Part shown: positions 39,584 through 49,199 of the stretch, piece after piece | Layout of the letters: each line of letters opens with the position of its first letter | Position numbering within the stretch: position 1 is the first letter of the stretch | NCBI GenBank assembly: GCA_963742415.1 | Contig: CAVULX010000004.1 | Coordinates: 800,001-864,000, forward strand | Origin: an uncultured Parachlamydiaceae bacterium | Lineage (GTDB): Bacteria > Chlamydiota > Chlamydiia > Chlamydiales > Parachlamydiaceae | DNA: 64,000 nt | Reading direction: 5' to 3' | Notes under the pieces: generated by a model | Seen by the model: only the letters and a program-made list of their open reading frames with translations | Told to the model about the DNA's origin: nothing | The model's database searches: none | Program-made: the position numbers and the translations under genes

Positions 39584-40912
39584 TCAGGATGTAAGGATCA
39601 TGTCGGCGAGTTCATTTGGATCGGCAGGTTGTATATCGGAAGTTAAACGGAAGTCTCGAGACAAATAGCCGATGGGGAAATTAGTTTCAAAGCAGAGGTT
39701 GATGATGCTCCCCCAAGAATGGCTCTCATCCAATTTAGTGAAAATAAGAGCTTCAGGATTCATTTTCCTATATGCCCTAATAACTTCAAGTCCATCTTCG
39801 GTCTTGGTATTGGCGCTGATAACAACAAATGTTTTTAGGTCTTCAACTAAATCAAAAGTATTTGAAATTTGATTTAAAGCTGTGCTTTGGTTGGCGGCAA
39901 ATCCTAGGCTGGGAGTGTCGATTAAAATTAAGTCAAATTCTTGATACTTATGAATAGCTTGTTGCAATTCTGGACTATCGGACGCAACACCTAAGGGGAT
40001 CCCCTGCTGATCGCAAAATGCCCTAAGTTGTTCCCCATTTCCCGGTTTATTCGTATTACAGACAACGATCGCTACCTTCCTCCGCAGGGTATGTTGATAT
40101 TGCAAGGCGAGCTTCATCACTGTTGTTGTTTTCCCACTGCCCGAAAGCCCTATAAAAGATGCAAGAGTGGGTGTTCCTTTCGCAATGCATATGGGACCGT
40201 AAGGGGTGATCAAAGCTGCAAGTTCTTTTTTTAACAAATCGTTTAAGAATCCTTCTTTTTGGGTCAATTCAGCAAAATTGATTTTCTCGATTAGCTTTTT
40301 TCGTAAACTGTTTAGAATCGCTTTCGATACCGAGGGAGCTAGCCCTTTTTTTGTCAGTTGAAAAAGAATTTTATGTTCAAGATCCCTTGCGCGCGCTTCA
40401 CCACTTTTTTGAATCCCTTCGATTATGTTGGCAGTAGGCGCAGACTTTGCATCGGCCCACTGCTCTTTGAATTCCGGTGTGTCATATTGATTCTGTAAAT
40501 TTTTCGTCAAACGTTTCAAGTTATCGATCAATGAAGGGATCGACGTTGCAACCATCGGCCTTTCAAGATTGTTTTTTTCCTGAGAACGGACGCTTTTCTC
40601 CTCGAGCCTTCGCCCAAATCGTGGATCTTGATAAGTTGTTTGGGAGTTTGATAAACTTTTGCCGTCTTTGCTCAGATTTTCGTCAGCTGGAACGATAGCT
40701 TTGGATCCACTTTTAGATTCCACAGCAGTTTCAGGAACCAGAAAATCATCGACTGCAGCCACCACTTCCACTTTATTTGAAAAGAATAAAGATTTTAGCC
40801 CTGTGAACTTAATTTGCCGTGAAGTTAAAATCACAGCATTTGGGCCTAATTCTTTTTTCACTAAATTTTCAATTTCATCAAAATTGCTTGCTAAATATCG
40901 TTTAACGATCAC
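39584..40912 (-). CDS. flhF: FlhF-like SRP-family GTPase (degenerate motifs)
   Basis: N-terminal VKRY...VKKELGPNAVILTSR...VEVVAA; GLSGSGKTT; TKLDES; directly downstream of flhA. Confidence 0.85.
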   Translation of the reverse strand: MIVKRYLASNFDEIENLVKKELGPNAVILTSRQIKFTGLKSLFFSNKVEVVAAVDDFLVPETAVESKSGSKAIVPADENLSKDGKSLSNSQTTYQDPRFGRRLEEKSVRSQEKNNLERPMVATSIPSLIDNLKRLTKNLQNQYDTPEFKEQWADAKSAPTANIIEGIQKSGEARARDLEHKILFQLTKKGLAPSVSKAILNSLRKKLIEKINFAELTQKEGFLNDLLKKELAALITPYGPICIAKGTPTLASFIGLSGSGKTTTVMKLALQYQHTLRRKVAIVVCNTNKPGNGEQLRAFCDQQGIPLGVASDSPELQQAIHKYQEFDLILIDTPSLGFAANQSTALNQISNTFDLVEDLKTFVVISANTKTEDGLEVIRAYRKMNPEALIFTKLDESHSWGSIINLCFETNFPIGYLSRDFRLTSDIQPADPNELADMILTS

Positions 40913-40930
40913 GTTCCACCTTTAGGAAGT

Positions 40931-43003
40931 CTAGATTGTAAGGACGTCCGCATTCACAATTCCAACCGTATTGACAGGAATATCGGAAGCAATTTCATAC
41001 ACAGACAAAACAGGCAATCTCGGCAAACTTCTTTCTATAAGCCTCTTAAAATAAGGCCTTAATGTTGGAGCTGTCAAAAAAATGGGCTGTTTTCCCTTTT
41101 GCATAGCAGATTGCAGCAGACCTTTCGTCTGATCAATTATTTTATTTACAGTGATGGGATTAGCAACAATGGTTTTGCCTAGCTCATTTTTTTGAATACT
41201 TTCTAAAAGGAGCTGCTCCACTTTAGGATCCATCATAATAACGTGAATCGATTCATCTTTGCCTACGTATTGCTTTGAGATCGACCTTGCTAGTCCCTGA
41301 CGAACATATTCCGTCAGCACGTCGGGATCTGTAGACCCTGAACTTTGATCGGCAAGGATTTCAAGGATGGAAACAATGTCGCGGATAGAGACTCTCTCCC
41401 GCAACAAATTTTGCAATACCCGCAAAATGTGTCCAAAGCTCAGTTTTCCAGGAATAAGTTCTGAAATAACAGCAGGAGCGCGAATTTTTGCATTGTCAAT
41501 AAGCTTGGCTACTTCCTGACGGTTCAATAATTCATTCGCGTGTAATCGAATTACTTCCATCAAATGTGTCGCAAATACTGTCAAGGGATCCGCAACAATA
41601 TAGCCATTGTTCAAGGCTGACTCTTTTTGTGAATTTTTAATCCATAAGGCGGACAAACCAAACGCCGGATCTTTCGTAGCGATCCCGTTAATCAATTGTC
41701 TGACAGTTCCAGGATTCATCGCTAGGCAGCTATCAAGGTAAAGATCTCCACGGGCCACTTCGTCCCCTTTAATTTTGACGAGATAGGAATGGGGGTTTAA
41801 ATTTAAATTATCGTGAATTCGAATAGATGGTACAACGACACCTAGTTCCGAAGCGATTTGCTGTCGGATCACCCCGATCCTTTTCAATAAATTCCCCCCC
41901 CTTTCGCTTTTGACAAGAGGCGTCAAGGCGTGTCCAAGTTCGATCTCCATAGGATCTATAAACAAAATTTTATCCATCTCTTCCATCTTTTTTCCTTGAG
42001 TATCAGCTTTGTTATTTTCTTGCAAAGCAGAAGCTTCTGCTTCATGGCGAAGGGAGTAGGCGTAAAGGAATAAGGTAGCTGCAATAGGAAAAATGACCAA
42101 AAAGGGCATTCCAGGTACAAGTCCTAAAAGGATTAATGTTGCGGCCGTGATGTTTAAGACCTTGGGATTATTAAAAAGTTGCTTCCGAAAAGACTCTGCC
42201 AGATTTTCTTTTGTTGAGGAACGTGTGACAATGATTCCGGCAGCGACAGAAACCAGCAATGCGGGAATTTGGGTGACAAGGCCATCCCCGACTGTTAAGG
42301 TGATGTATACATTCACGACTTGGTCCCAGCTCATCCCTTTCATGATCATACCGACAATGAATCCACCAAAAGTGTTGACGAGGATAATGACAATACCTGC
42401 AATGGCATCTCCGCGGACAAATTTGGATGCTCCATCCATGGCTCCATAAAAATCAGCTTCTGTCATAATTTTGTCGCGTCTAGCTTTGGCTTCATCCTCA
42501 TCGATCAACCCAGCATTGACGTCGGCGTCGATAGCTAATTGTTTTCCGGGTAAAGAATCAAGAGTGAACCGCGCAGCAACTTCAGCGACACGGCCGGATC
42601 CTTTGGTAATGACGATAAAGTTAATTCCCGTCAAAAGCATAAAGATGACAAAACCTACAAAAGCATTTCCCCCTGTGACAACATCTCCAAAGGTTTTAAT
42701 GATATAACCTGCATGGGCTTCGGTTAAAATCATGCGGGTCGTTGCAATATTTAATCCAAGTCGAAACAATGTCAAAAATAACAGAAAAGAAGGGAACGAA
42801 TTAAAGGAGAGGGCATCTTCACTATACAATGTCACCAGAAGGGCCAAGACAGAAATGAGGATGCTGGTCGTGATTAAGGAATCGAGGGCGAAATCATTCA
42901 GCGGAATAATTAAAAGGAGTAAAATGAAAATGACCGCACAAGCGAGAATAAGATCGCTATACCGCTTTGCCAAACCGATTTTTTGCGCTATAGTTGCCAG
43001 CAT
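40931..43003 (-). CDS. flhA: Flagellar export protein FlhA
   Basis: FHIPEP signature RVAEVAARFTLDSLPGKQLAIDAD...FYGAMDGASKFVRGDAIAG; lies between flhB and flhF. Confidence 0.92.
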   Translation of the reverse strand: MLATIAQKIGLAKRYSDLILACAVIFILLLLIIPLNDFALDSLITTSILISVLALLVTLYSEDALSFNSFPSFLLFLTLFRLGLNIATTRMILTEAHAGYIIKTFGDVVTGGNAFVGFVIFMLLTGINFIVITKGSGRVAEVAARFTLDSLPGKQLAIDADVNAGLIDEDEAKARRDKIMTEADFYGAMDGASKFVRGDAIAGIVIILVNTFGGFIVGMIMKGMSWDQVVNVYITLTVGDGLVTQIPALLVSVAAGIIVTRSSTKENLAESFRKQLFNNPKVLNITAATLILLGLVPGMPFLVIFPIAATLFLYAYSLRHEAEASALQENNKADTQGKKMEEMDKILFIDPMEIELGHALTPLVKSERGGNLLKRIGVIRQQIASELGVVVPSIRIHDNLNLNPHSYLVKIKGDEVARGDLYLDSCLAMNPGTVRQLINGIATKDPAFGLSALWIKNSQKESALNNGYIVADPLTVFATHLMEVIRLHANELLNRQEVAKLIDNAKIRAPAVISELIPGKLSFGHILRVLQNLLRERVSIRDIVSILEILADQSSGSTDPDVLTEYVRQGLARSISKQYVGKDESIHVIMMDPKVEQLLLESIQKNELGKTIVANPITVNKIIDQTKGLLQSAMQKGKQPIFLTAPTLRPYFKRLIERSLPRLPVLSVYEIASDIPVNTVGIVNADVLTI

Positions 43004-43205
43004 TGTTTCACAAAAGTGATTTGAAAATGTTTAATCTCGAATATTAGAATTATAGTAAAAAATTTAAATTCTCAATATAAATTTGCTGCTAGAGGAGGTA
43101 AAGAATTGTGTTATAAATAATTTTCCCTTTTTTCTTGAATGTGATATGGAAAAAGTAAAAACCTGAACTTTGGTTCAGGTTAAAAGGGTGAAAAGTTTTA
43201 TATTT

Positions 43206-43586
43206 ATGCAAAATTTCGTTAAAAAATTTGAACTGGTTGTGGATGCGCTGGAAAAGTTTGGTCCGGTCCCCTTTTTTGGCCTTTTTGAAAGAGTGGATTC
43301 TACTGAAAAATGGGATGTCATTATCGGAGCTCCATGGTTAGATCCAGATGCCAGTCCATCGTTCAAATTGATTAATCTGGTGATCCAAAGATTTGTAAAA
43401 ACGGGGAGCCCAGAGACATTAACCCGTGTTGTGATCCTAAGAGAAGATAATCCTTTAGAAAAGTTGCTTCAAAATACATGGACAGGGAAAGGGTTGTTCC
43501 AACTTAAAGATACGAAAATTTTGGCAGAAATCTTCCCTTTCAAAATTAAATCGGCCTATCTCCTTAGATGCACAAAAAAGGATTAA
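43206..43586 (+). CDS. Hypothetical protein between flhB and flhA
   Basis: 126-aa ORF (FGLFER...KWDVIIGAPWL) on the opposite strand, after an AT-rich spacer. Confidence 0.6.
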   Translation: MQNFVKKFELVVDALEKFGPVPFFGLFERVDSTEKWDVIIGAPWLDPDASPSFKLINLVIQRFVKTGSPETLTRVVILREDNPLEKLLQNTWTGKGLFQLKDTKILAEIFPFKIKSAYLLRCTKKD

Positions 43587-43600
43587 AGAGCTTCAAACCT

Positions 43601-44665
43601 TTATTCTGAAGGTTTGAGCCCCATTAGGATATTTGCAACGGCGTGGTAGTGGTCTGGAGAGATATAATTTCCGTTGTCAATCGCCAAAAATATCGATTGC
43701 GCAAGTGCTGAATTTTTAACAACGGGGATCCCATACTTCCGTGCGGCTTCAAGAATAGCCGCCCCTCGGCGGCGGCTTCCTTTGCAAATGCAGATTGGAG
43801 CCCGCATGATTTTGGGATCATAAGCAATCGCAACCGCAAATTTCATCTCGTCGGCAATAACAACATCAGCTTGAGGCATATCTGCAATGCGGCTGACCTC
43901 AGCATAATTTCTCATCATTGTTCGAATTTTTATTTTGAGGTTTTGATCCCCCTCTAGTTGCTTCAACTCATCTTTGACTTCTCTGCGGGTCATTTTCATC
44001 TCACGCATAAAGCGCCATTTTTGAAAAAAATAATCGAGGATTCCAACACCTAGATAAGCAATGGAACATGCTATCCCTTGTATCAACCCTTTTTGGTAAA
44101 TGAGGGCGGAAATTTCTTTTGGGGTGGCCTTTCCGTAACTAAATACAACAAGACCATCGATTGCAATGACAAACCAAGATATGATCACCACTGCTTGTAA
44201 ACGAGTCAATCCAAATACCATCCGCATCATGGCAGGCAGTCCAAAATTTTTTTCATAGTTTGAAGGGTCAAAGAAATTTAATTTTTTTAACTTAGGCTTA
44301 AGTGGATAGAGAGTGAATAGCAGCCCGGTTTGCACGACATTGAATAAAATTGCCATGAAGACGGTACCGAAAAGGAGCGGCAATAAGATTTTTATTAGTT
44401 CGTATAACCCGTGATTGATATACCATGAGATCAAACTTATTTCCGCGAACTGCAGATCCATATTGATTAAGATCTGGACAAACATAAGTTTAAGATTGTC
44501 CATCATATAAGGGCCGAAAAAGAAAAAAATTGCCACCCCTCCTAAAAGCATTAAAGCCATGATCAATTCGTTTGACTTGGCAACAAACCCTTTTTTGCGC
44601 GCATCAGCTAACTTTTTAGGGGTTGGCTCTTCGGTTTTGCTGTGAAAATCTTCTGCCATAATCAC
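43601..44665 (-). CDS. flhB: FlhB/SctU-family export switch protein lacking NPTH
   Basis: KTEEPTPKKLADARKKG.V.KS, MKMTRREVKDELKQLEGD; DVVIADEMKFAVAIAYD where DVVITNPTHxAVAL is canonical. Confidence 0.88.
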   Translation of the reverse strand: MIMAEDFHSKTEEPTPKKLADARKKGFVAKSNELIMALMLLGGVAIFFFFGPYMMDNLKLMFVQILINMDLQFAEISLISWYINHGLYELIKILLPLLFGTVFMAILFNVVQTGLLFTLYPLKPKLKKLNFFDPSNYEKNFGLPAMMRMVFGLTRLQAVVIISWFVIAIDGLVVFSYGKATPKEISALIYQKGLIQGIACSIAYLGVGILDYFFQKWRFMREMKMTRREVKDELKQLEGDQNLKIKIRTMMRNYAEVSRIADMPQADVVIADEMKFAVAIAYDPKIMRAPICICKGSRRRGAAILEAARKYGIPVVKNSALAQSIFLAIDNGNYISPDHYHAVANILMGLKPSE

Positions 44666-44758
44666 CTTGTGCTTGCCAGATTTTACCTCATAACATTAAA
44701 CTTATGCATAAGTGAACCCAAAAATTATTGCTTAAATTTATTTTAGGACAAAATTTAA

Positions 44759-45244
44759 ATGGTAACGCCAACTACAAAAGAACCTGAAAAAAAAATATGG
44801 TTGTTAACAGATAATGCTATTGTTGTTGCCGTTTGGAACGGCAGTAAAATTTCCCTCTATGAAAATGCAGCCCCAATTACTGTATTTGTTGTTGTTGGGG
44901 TTGCTGCCAAAGTTTTTTTCTTTTCTTGGATGACTTTTCCCTTCTTCACTTTGGCAGCTTCTGTCTTTGCTGCTCGTTTTATCATAGAAATAGGAAAAAA
45001 AATCGGAGAAGAACTTCTCAATGAAATTCTGCAACCCGTCGAAAAAATAGATTTAACGTATCCCTATCTGTACAAAATTGGGGTGGTTTTTTCCGTCTCT
45101 ATGGGATTCTTGTTTCCCCTTTGTAGTTTTGTTTTATCCGTGTTCACAGGCAGCTATATCGCCATCCGAACTAATGCAAGAGGAATGATTAGCGATAATC
45201 TAAGCTCGAATAAAGATAATAGAGAAAATTTGAAAAACTTGTAA
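44759..45244 (+). CDS. Hypothetical membrane protein (Inc-like hydropathy)
   Basis: Two long hydrophobic blocks; polar N-terminus without a signal peptide. Confidence 0.6.
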   Translation: MVTPTTKEPEKKIWLLTDNAIVVAVWNGSKISLYENAAPITVFVVVGVAAKVFFFSWMTFPFFTLAASVFAARFIIEIGKKIGEELLNEILQPVEKIDLTYPYLYKIGVVFSVSMGFLFPLCSFVLSVFTGSYIAIRTNARGMISDNLSSNKDNRENLKNL

Positions 45245-45264
45245 TCAAGTACTTTTTCATTAAT

Positions 45265-45879
45265 ATGGGATCTATCTTTCCGATCGCCTTGACTTTCTTT
45301 TTGGTGACAAATCCCATCGGAAATTCACCTACAATCCTAGCTCTGCTGAAAGATTTCGATTTCCCTGCACAGAAGCGGATTATGCTTAGGGAAGGGTTTA
45401 TTGCTTTGCTGATTGCCCTTTTTTTCCAGTATTTAGGAGAACACTTCCTCTCCCTTCTAAGCATCAAAAATTTTGCCGTGACTTTATGTGGAGCTATTCT
45501 TTTGTTTATCGTGGCGCTTCATATGATTTTTTCTCTTTCAGAACCGCCTGAAACTGCTTCTTTAAAGCAAGAACCTTTCATCGTTCCCATTGCCACACCG
45601 TTGTTGTCAGGCCCAGGGCTGTTGACGATTATTATGCTAAAATCCCACCTCGAACAAAGTAACCTTCATATTACTTTGTCGATCCTCCTCGCCTGGGTAG
45701 GCGTCATTGGTATCATGGCAGTCGCACCCTACTTGCAAAAGTTGTTCGGCAAACGGGGCATGCTGGCTTTGGAACAATTAATGGGATTAGTTCTTATCAT
45801 GATCGCTATTGAAATGTTTGTAGCAGGGGCAAATTTATTTTTAGATCAATTGAACACCCCTTTTAACGGAGGAAGTTAA
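45265..45879 (+). CDS. MarC family membrane protein
   Basis: NPIGNSP, FIVPIATPLLSGPG, LEQLMGLVL. Confidence 0.9.
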   Translation: MGSIFPIALTFFLVTNPIGNSPTILALLKDFDFPAQKRIMLREGFIALLIALFFQYLGEHFLSLLSIKNFAVTLCGAILLFIVALHMIFSLSEPPETASLKQEPFIVPIATPLLSGPGLLTIIMLKSHLEQSNLHITLSILLAWVGVIGIMAVAPYLQKLFGKRGMLALEQLMGLVLIMIAIEMFVAGANLFLDQLNTPFNGGS

Positions 45880-45883
45880 AAGA

Positions 45884-46480
45884 ATGAGTGAACCTACACT
45901 GCTTAATGTCATTCTTACTCTCTTTTTAATTATGGATCCCGTTGGGCATACGTCTGCCTTTTTATCCCTCACGAAAGGGATTAAAGCTAAAAGAGTTAAA
46001 ACGATTGTTCTCCGAGAAATGGGGATCGCTTTAGTTTTAATGCTCATTTTTAATTATTTAGGGGAATATATTTTTACCTTCTTAGAGTTGAATCAAGAAG
46101 CGGTCCATTTTGCAGCAGGCATTGTTTTATTTTTAACGGCCATCAAGGTTCTATTTCCGGGACCTTCCAATCAGATCCACTTGCCTGAGGGGGAACCGTT
46201 CCTCGTTCCCATTGCGATCCCCTGGATCGCGGGTCCCTCCTTGTTGGCCACAATTATGCTTTATGCTCACATGGAAACATGCCAGCCGCTGATGCTGACA
46301 GCAATCCTTATTGCTTGGATAGCCGCTTCTACCTTTCTCATCTTAGCCCCGTGGACGCATCGCTTGTTAGGAAAAAATGGATTGTCAGCCTGTGAAAGGC
46401 TATTTGCTATGGTCCTCGTCATGATCGCCATCCAAAGATTCATGGAAGGCCTTATCCTCTTTATTCAAGCAAGACCTTAA
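45884..46480 (+). CDS. MarC family membrane protein
   Basis: MDPVGH, FLVPIAIPWIAGPS, ERLFAMVL. Confidence 0.9.
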   Translation: MSEPTLLNVILTLFLIMDPVGHTSAFLSLTKGIKAKRVKTIVLREMGIALVLMLIFNYLGEYIFTFLELNQEAVHFAAGIVLFLTAIKVLFPGPSNQIHLPEGEPFLVPIAIPWIAGPSLLATIMLYAHMETCQPLMLTAILIAWIAASTFLILAPWTHRLLGKNGLSACERLFAMVLVMIAIQRFMEGLILFIQARP

Positions 46481-46488
46481 AGCTTCCG

Positions 46489-47247
46489 ATGCAAAACATT
46501 AAAATGACCTTAGCCTATGATGGCAGAGCCTACTTGGGTTGGCAAAAAACTAAAGAAGGTGCAAGCATCGAAGAGACCCTGCAAAAGGTGTTGGAAACAA
46601 TCCTGCAGGAACAGATAGCCCTTCAGGCAGCCAGTCGAACCGATTCCGGCGTCCATGCTAATGGGCAAGTGGTCAATTTTATGATTTCCAAGCAAAGCTT
46701 AGATTTCAGGAGGCTGGCCATTAGTCTAAACAACCTCCTGCCCCCCGATATTGCGATCATAAAAATAGAGCTTGCACATCCCCATTTCCACCCCACCCTC
46801 GATTGCACCTCGAAAGAATACCATTATTGGGTTTGCTTTAGCTCCTATCAACTCCCCTTTCATCGTCAGTATTCCTGGCATATTCATCACTCTTTGGATT
46901 TTGACCAGATGAACCATGCAGCTGCCCGATTAATTGGCGAACACGACTTTTCTGCTTTTAGCAATGCCAAAAAGAATGAATGTTATGCCAGCACTGTCCG
47001 CACAATAAATGAAATCAAAATAGGGGAACATCCGGAACAAAGAGCCCAATTTATCATCAGGGGTCCCCAATTTCTCTACAAAATGGCCCGAAATATCGTT
47101 GGCACATTGATAGAGGTAGGGAAAGGCAAAATCCCCGCAGAAAAAATTATTTCCATTTTAAAAGGGGGCGATAGAACATCTGCTGGAGTAACGGCTCCGG
47201 CACATGGATTAACTTTACACCAAGTTTTTTTTGATCAGCAATCTTAG
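46489..47247 (+). CDS. truA: tRNA pseudouridine(38-40) synthase
   Basis: LAYDG..Y.GWQ, ASRTDSGVHA, FLYKMARNIVG, TAPAHGL. Confidence 0.95.
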   Translation: MQNIKMTLAYDGRAYLGWQKTKEGASIEETLQKVLETILQEQIALQAASRTDSGVHANGQVVNFMISKQSLDFRRLAISLNNLLPPDIAIIKIELAHPHFHPTLDCTSKEYHYWVCFSSYQLPFHRQYSWHIHHSLDFDQMNHAAARLIGEHDFSAFSNAKKNECYASTVRTINEIKIGEHPEQRAQFIIRGPQFLYKMARNIVGTLIEVGKGKIPAEKIISILKGGDRTSAGVTAPAHGLTLHQVFFDQQS

Positions 47248-47255
47248 AGGGTGCA

Positions 47256-47663
47256 CTAAATAACCTCAAAAAAGCGGGCTAAAAACCAAGCTGAAGCCAG
47301 AATCATCACAAAAACGCCTAGCCATAAAGCATTTGGCAGCCATTTAATCCCAGCACCTGGATTTCCACGGATCTCCAAAGTCCCGATCCCGTAAGAAAAT
47401 TCTTGTGTTCCGGGACGGGAAAAAATATCTGGATGTTCTTTAACGATTTTTTCTCCGTCAATCCCTAAAAAAGAAGCATATTGAGTCACGAAGCCTTGGG
47501 CATAAATAGGGGAAATCAGTTTCTTCATTTCCCCGTCTTCGATGGCCTGAAGATAGGCAATGCGGATAGATGTTCCGTTTTCTACCTCTTTCAAAGAGAG
47601 ATTTAATTCCTTGCGACGGATTTTAAAAATATCCCCCACACCTTTTGCATCGATTTTGCCCAT
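47256..47663 (-). CDS. RodZ/YfgA-like HTH membrane protein
   Basis: HTH TSIRIAYLQAIEDG, YAQGFVTQYASFLG; C-terminal TM. Confidence 0.85.
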   Translation of the reverse strand: MGKIDAKGVGDIFKIRRKELNLSLKEVENGTSIRIAYLQAIEDGEMKKLISPIYAQGFVTQYASFLGIDGEKIVKEHPDIFSRPGTQEFSYGIGTLEIRGNPGAGIKWLPNALWLGVFVMILASAWFLARFFEVI

Positions 47664-47805
47664 AAGAGCTCCTGTAATACCGCGATCTATTTGTTGATGA
47701 GATTATAGCTCAATTCTTTTCAAGCTGCAAGCCTTAAGGTTTTATGAAGAGTAGGGCAACTTAGATGTTGCGATTTACTTTTCCCCTTTTTATGATCTTA
47801 ATCCT

Positions 47806-48723
47806 ATGAGCAATAAACCTTCATCTTTTGTTACAACAGTGGATGTATCCGTGGGAAGCAAGCTTCGTTCCGATTTGGAACAGCAAGGATTTGAAATTTC
47901 CAATCCTCCACATACTCTGTTTTCAGCTAAATCCAAAGGAGTATCATGCACCCTCTATCAATCGGGAAAGCTTGTGGTGCAAGGAAAAAATATGGATTCT
48001 TTCATTGAATTTTACCTTGAACCTGAAATCCTTCAGGCTTTTACGTATGGTTATGAAATGGAGATGACCGATCAAACGCCCCACATAGGCATCGATGAGT
48101 CGGGAAAAGGGGATTTTTTTGGTCCGCTGTGCATTGCGGGAGTTTATGCCGAGGGGAATCAGTTTGCCAAATTGAAGGAGATTGGCGTTAAAGATTCTAA
48201 GGCAATGACTGATGCAACGATTTTTAAAGTTGCAGATAAAATCAAAGGTATCTGCGCTTATCACATTGTCAAGATCAATCCGGAAAAATACAACGAACTC
48301 TATGCGCAATTTAAAAATCTGAATCGCTTACTTGCTTGGGGACACGCCACCACTATCGAACATCTTGTCAAAAAAACTCAATGCCTTACGGTCATCATTG
48401 ACCAATTTGCCAATGAGCATGTTGTCCTAACAGCTCTAAAACGAAAAAATTTAGAGGTTGCCCTCACACAACGACATCGCGCAGAAGAAGATTTAGTTGT
48501 TGCCGCAGCTTCCATCCTCGCCAGAGAAACATTCCTTCATGGACTCAACCAACTCAGTGATAAATATGGCATCAAATTGCCCAAAGGGGCCTCCTCTGCC
48601 GTAATAAAAGCTGGAAAAGAGATAGTCCGCAAACATGGCCAAGGAGTTCTGAATCTAACGGCAAAGCTCCATTTTAAAACCCTTGACGCAATTATTGAGA
48701 AATCAGAAAATTTGCACGATTGA
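47806..48723 (+). CDS. rnhC: Ribonuclease HIII
   Basis: TBP-like N-domain (LYQSGKLVVQG), IGIDESGKGDFFGP, VKDSK, VAAASILAR, AKLHFKT. Confidence 0.95.
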   Translation: MSNKPSSFVTTVDVSVGSKLRSDLEQQGFEISNPPHTLFSAKSKGVSCTLYQSGKLVVQGKNMDSFIEFYLEPEILQAFTYGYEMEMTDQTPHIGIDESGKGDFFGPLCIAGVYAEGNQFAKLKEIGVKDSKAMTDATIFKVADKIKGICAYHIVKINPEKYNELYAQFKNLNRLLAWGHATTIEHLVKKTQCLTVIIDQFANEHVVLTALKRKNLEVALTQRHRAEEDLVVAAASILARETFLHGLNQLSDKYGIKLPKGASSAVIKAGKEIVRKHGQGVLNLTAKLHFKTLDAIIEKSENLHD

Positions 48724-48731
48724 TCTAAAAC

Positions 48732-49199
48732 TTGTGCAAAGGAGAGGTAAGGGGTGTGAATAATCGGTTATTACTTAACTTAACTTTAGTTGTCGTAGGA
48801 TGCATGGCGATCATTTTGATCATGAACCTATCCCGAATTTTCGTCGAACCTTTAAGAGAAAAATATCTGCGATACAATGATGTGCGAGGGAGCGCAATAG
48901 AACACAAATCTCTTTTGTACACATTCAATTTCGAACAGCAAAATGAACTAATTAAGAATCTTAATCACGCTTTGCCTATAACGAAAAATAGCTTAAACCC
49001 CTCCTCCCCTGCTTCACTAGACTTTTCAAAACTTATCATTTACCGCTTTAAAGCTCCCGATTTAATCCTCACCCCCATCGCATATGACGAGCATGAGAAT
49101 CTCATTTTTTCTCTGCCCGAATGGAATCCTGACGATTACCTCCAAGAGATCAGCCAAGGGGCCATGAAAGAATTAATCTCCACAACCTACGACAAATAA
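48732..49199 (+). CDS. Hypothetical protein with N-terminal TM helix
   Basis: ORF fills the rnhC-recN gap and abuts the recN ATG. Confidence 0.65.
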   Translation: MCKGEVRGVNNRLLLNLTLVVVGCMAIILIMNLSRIFVEPLREKYLRYNDVRGSAIEHKSLLYTFNFEQQNELIKNLNHALPITKNSLNPSSPASLDFSKLIIYRFKAPDLILTPIAYDEHENLIFSLPEWNPDDYLQEISQGAMKELISTTYDK

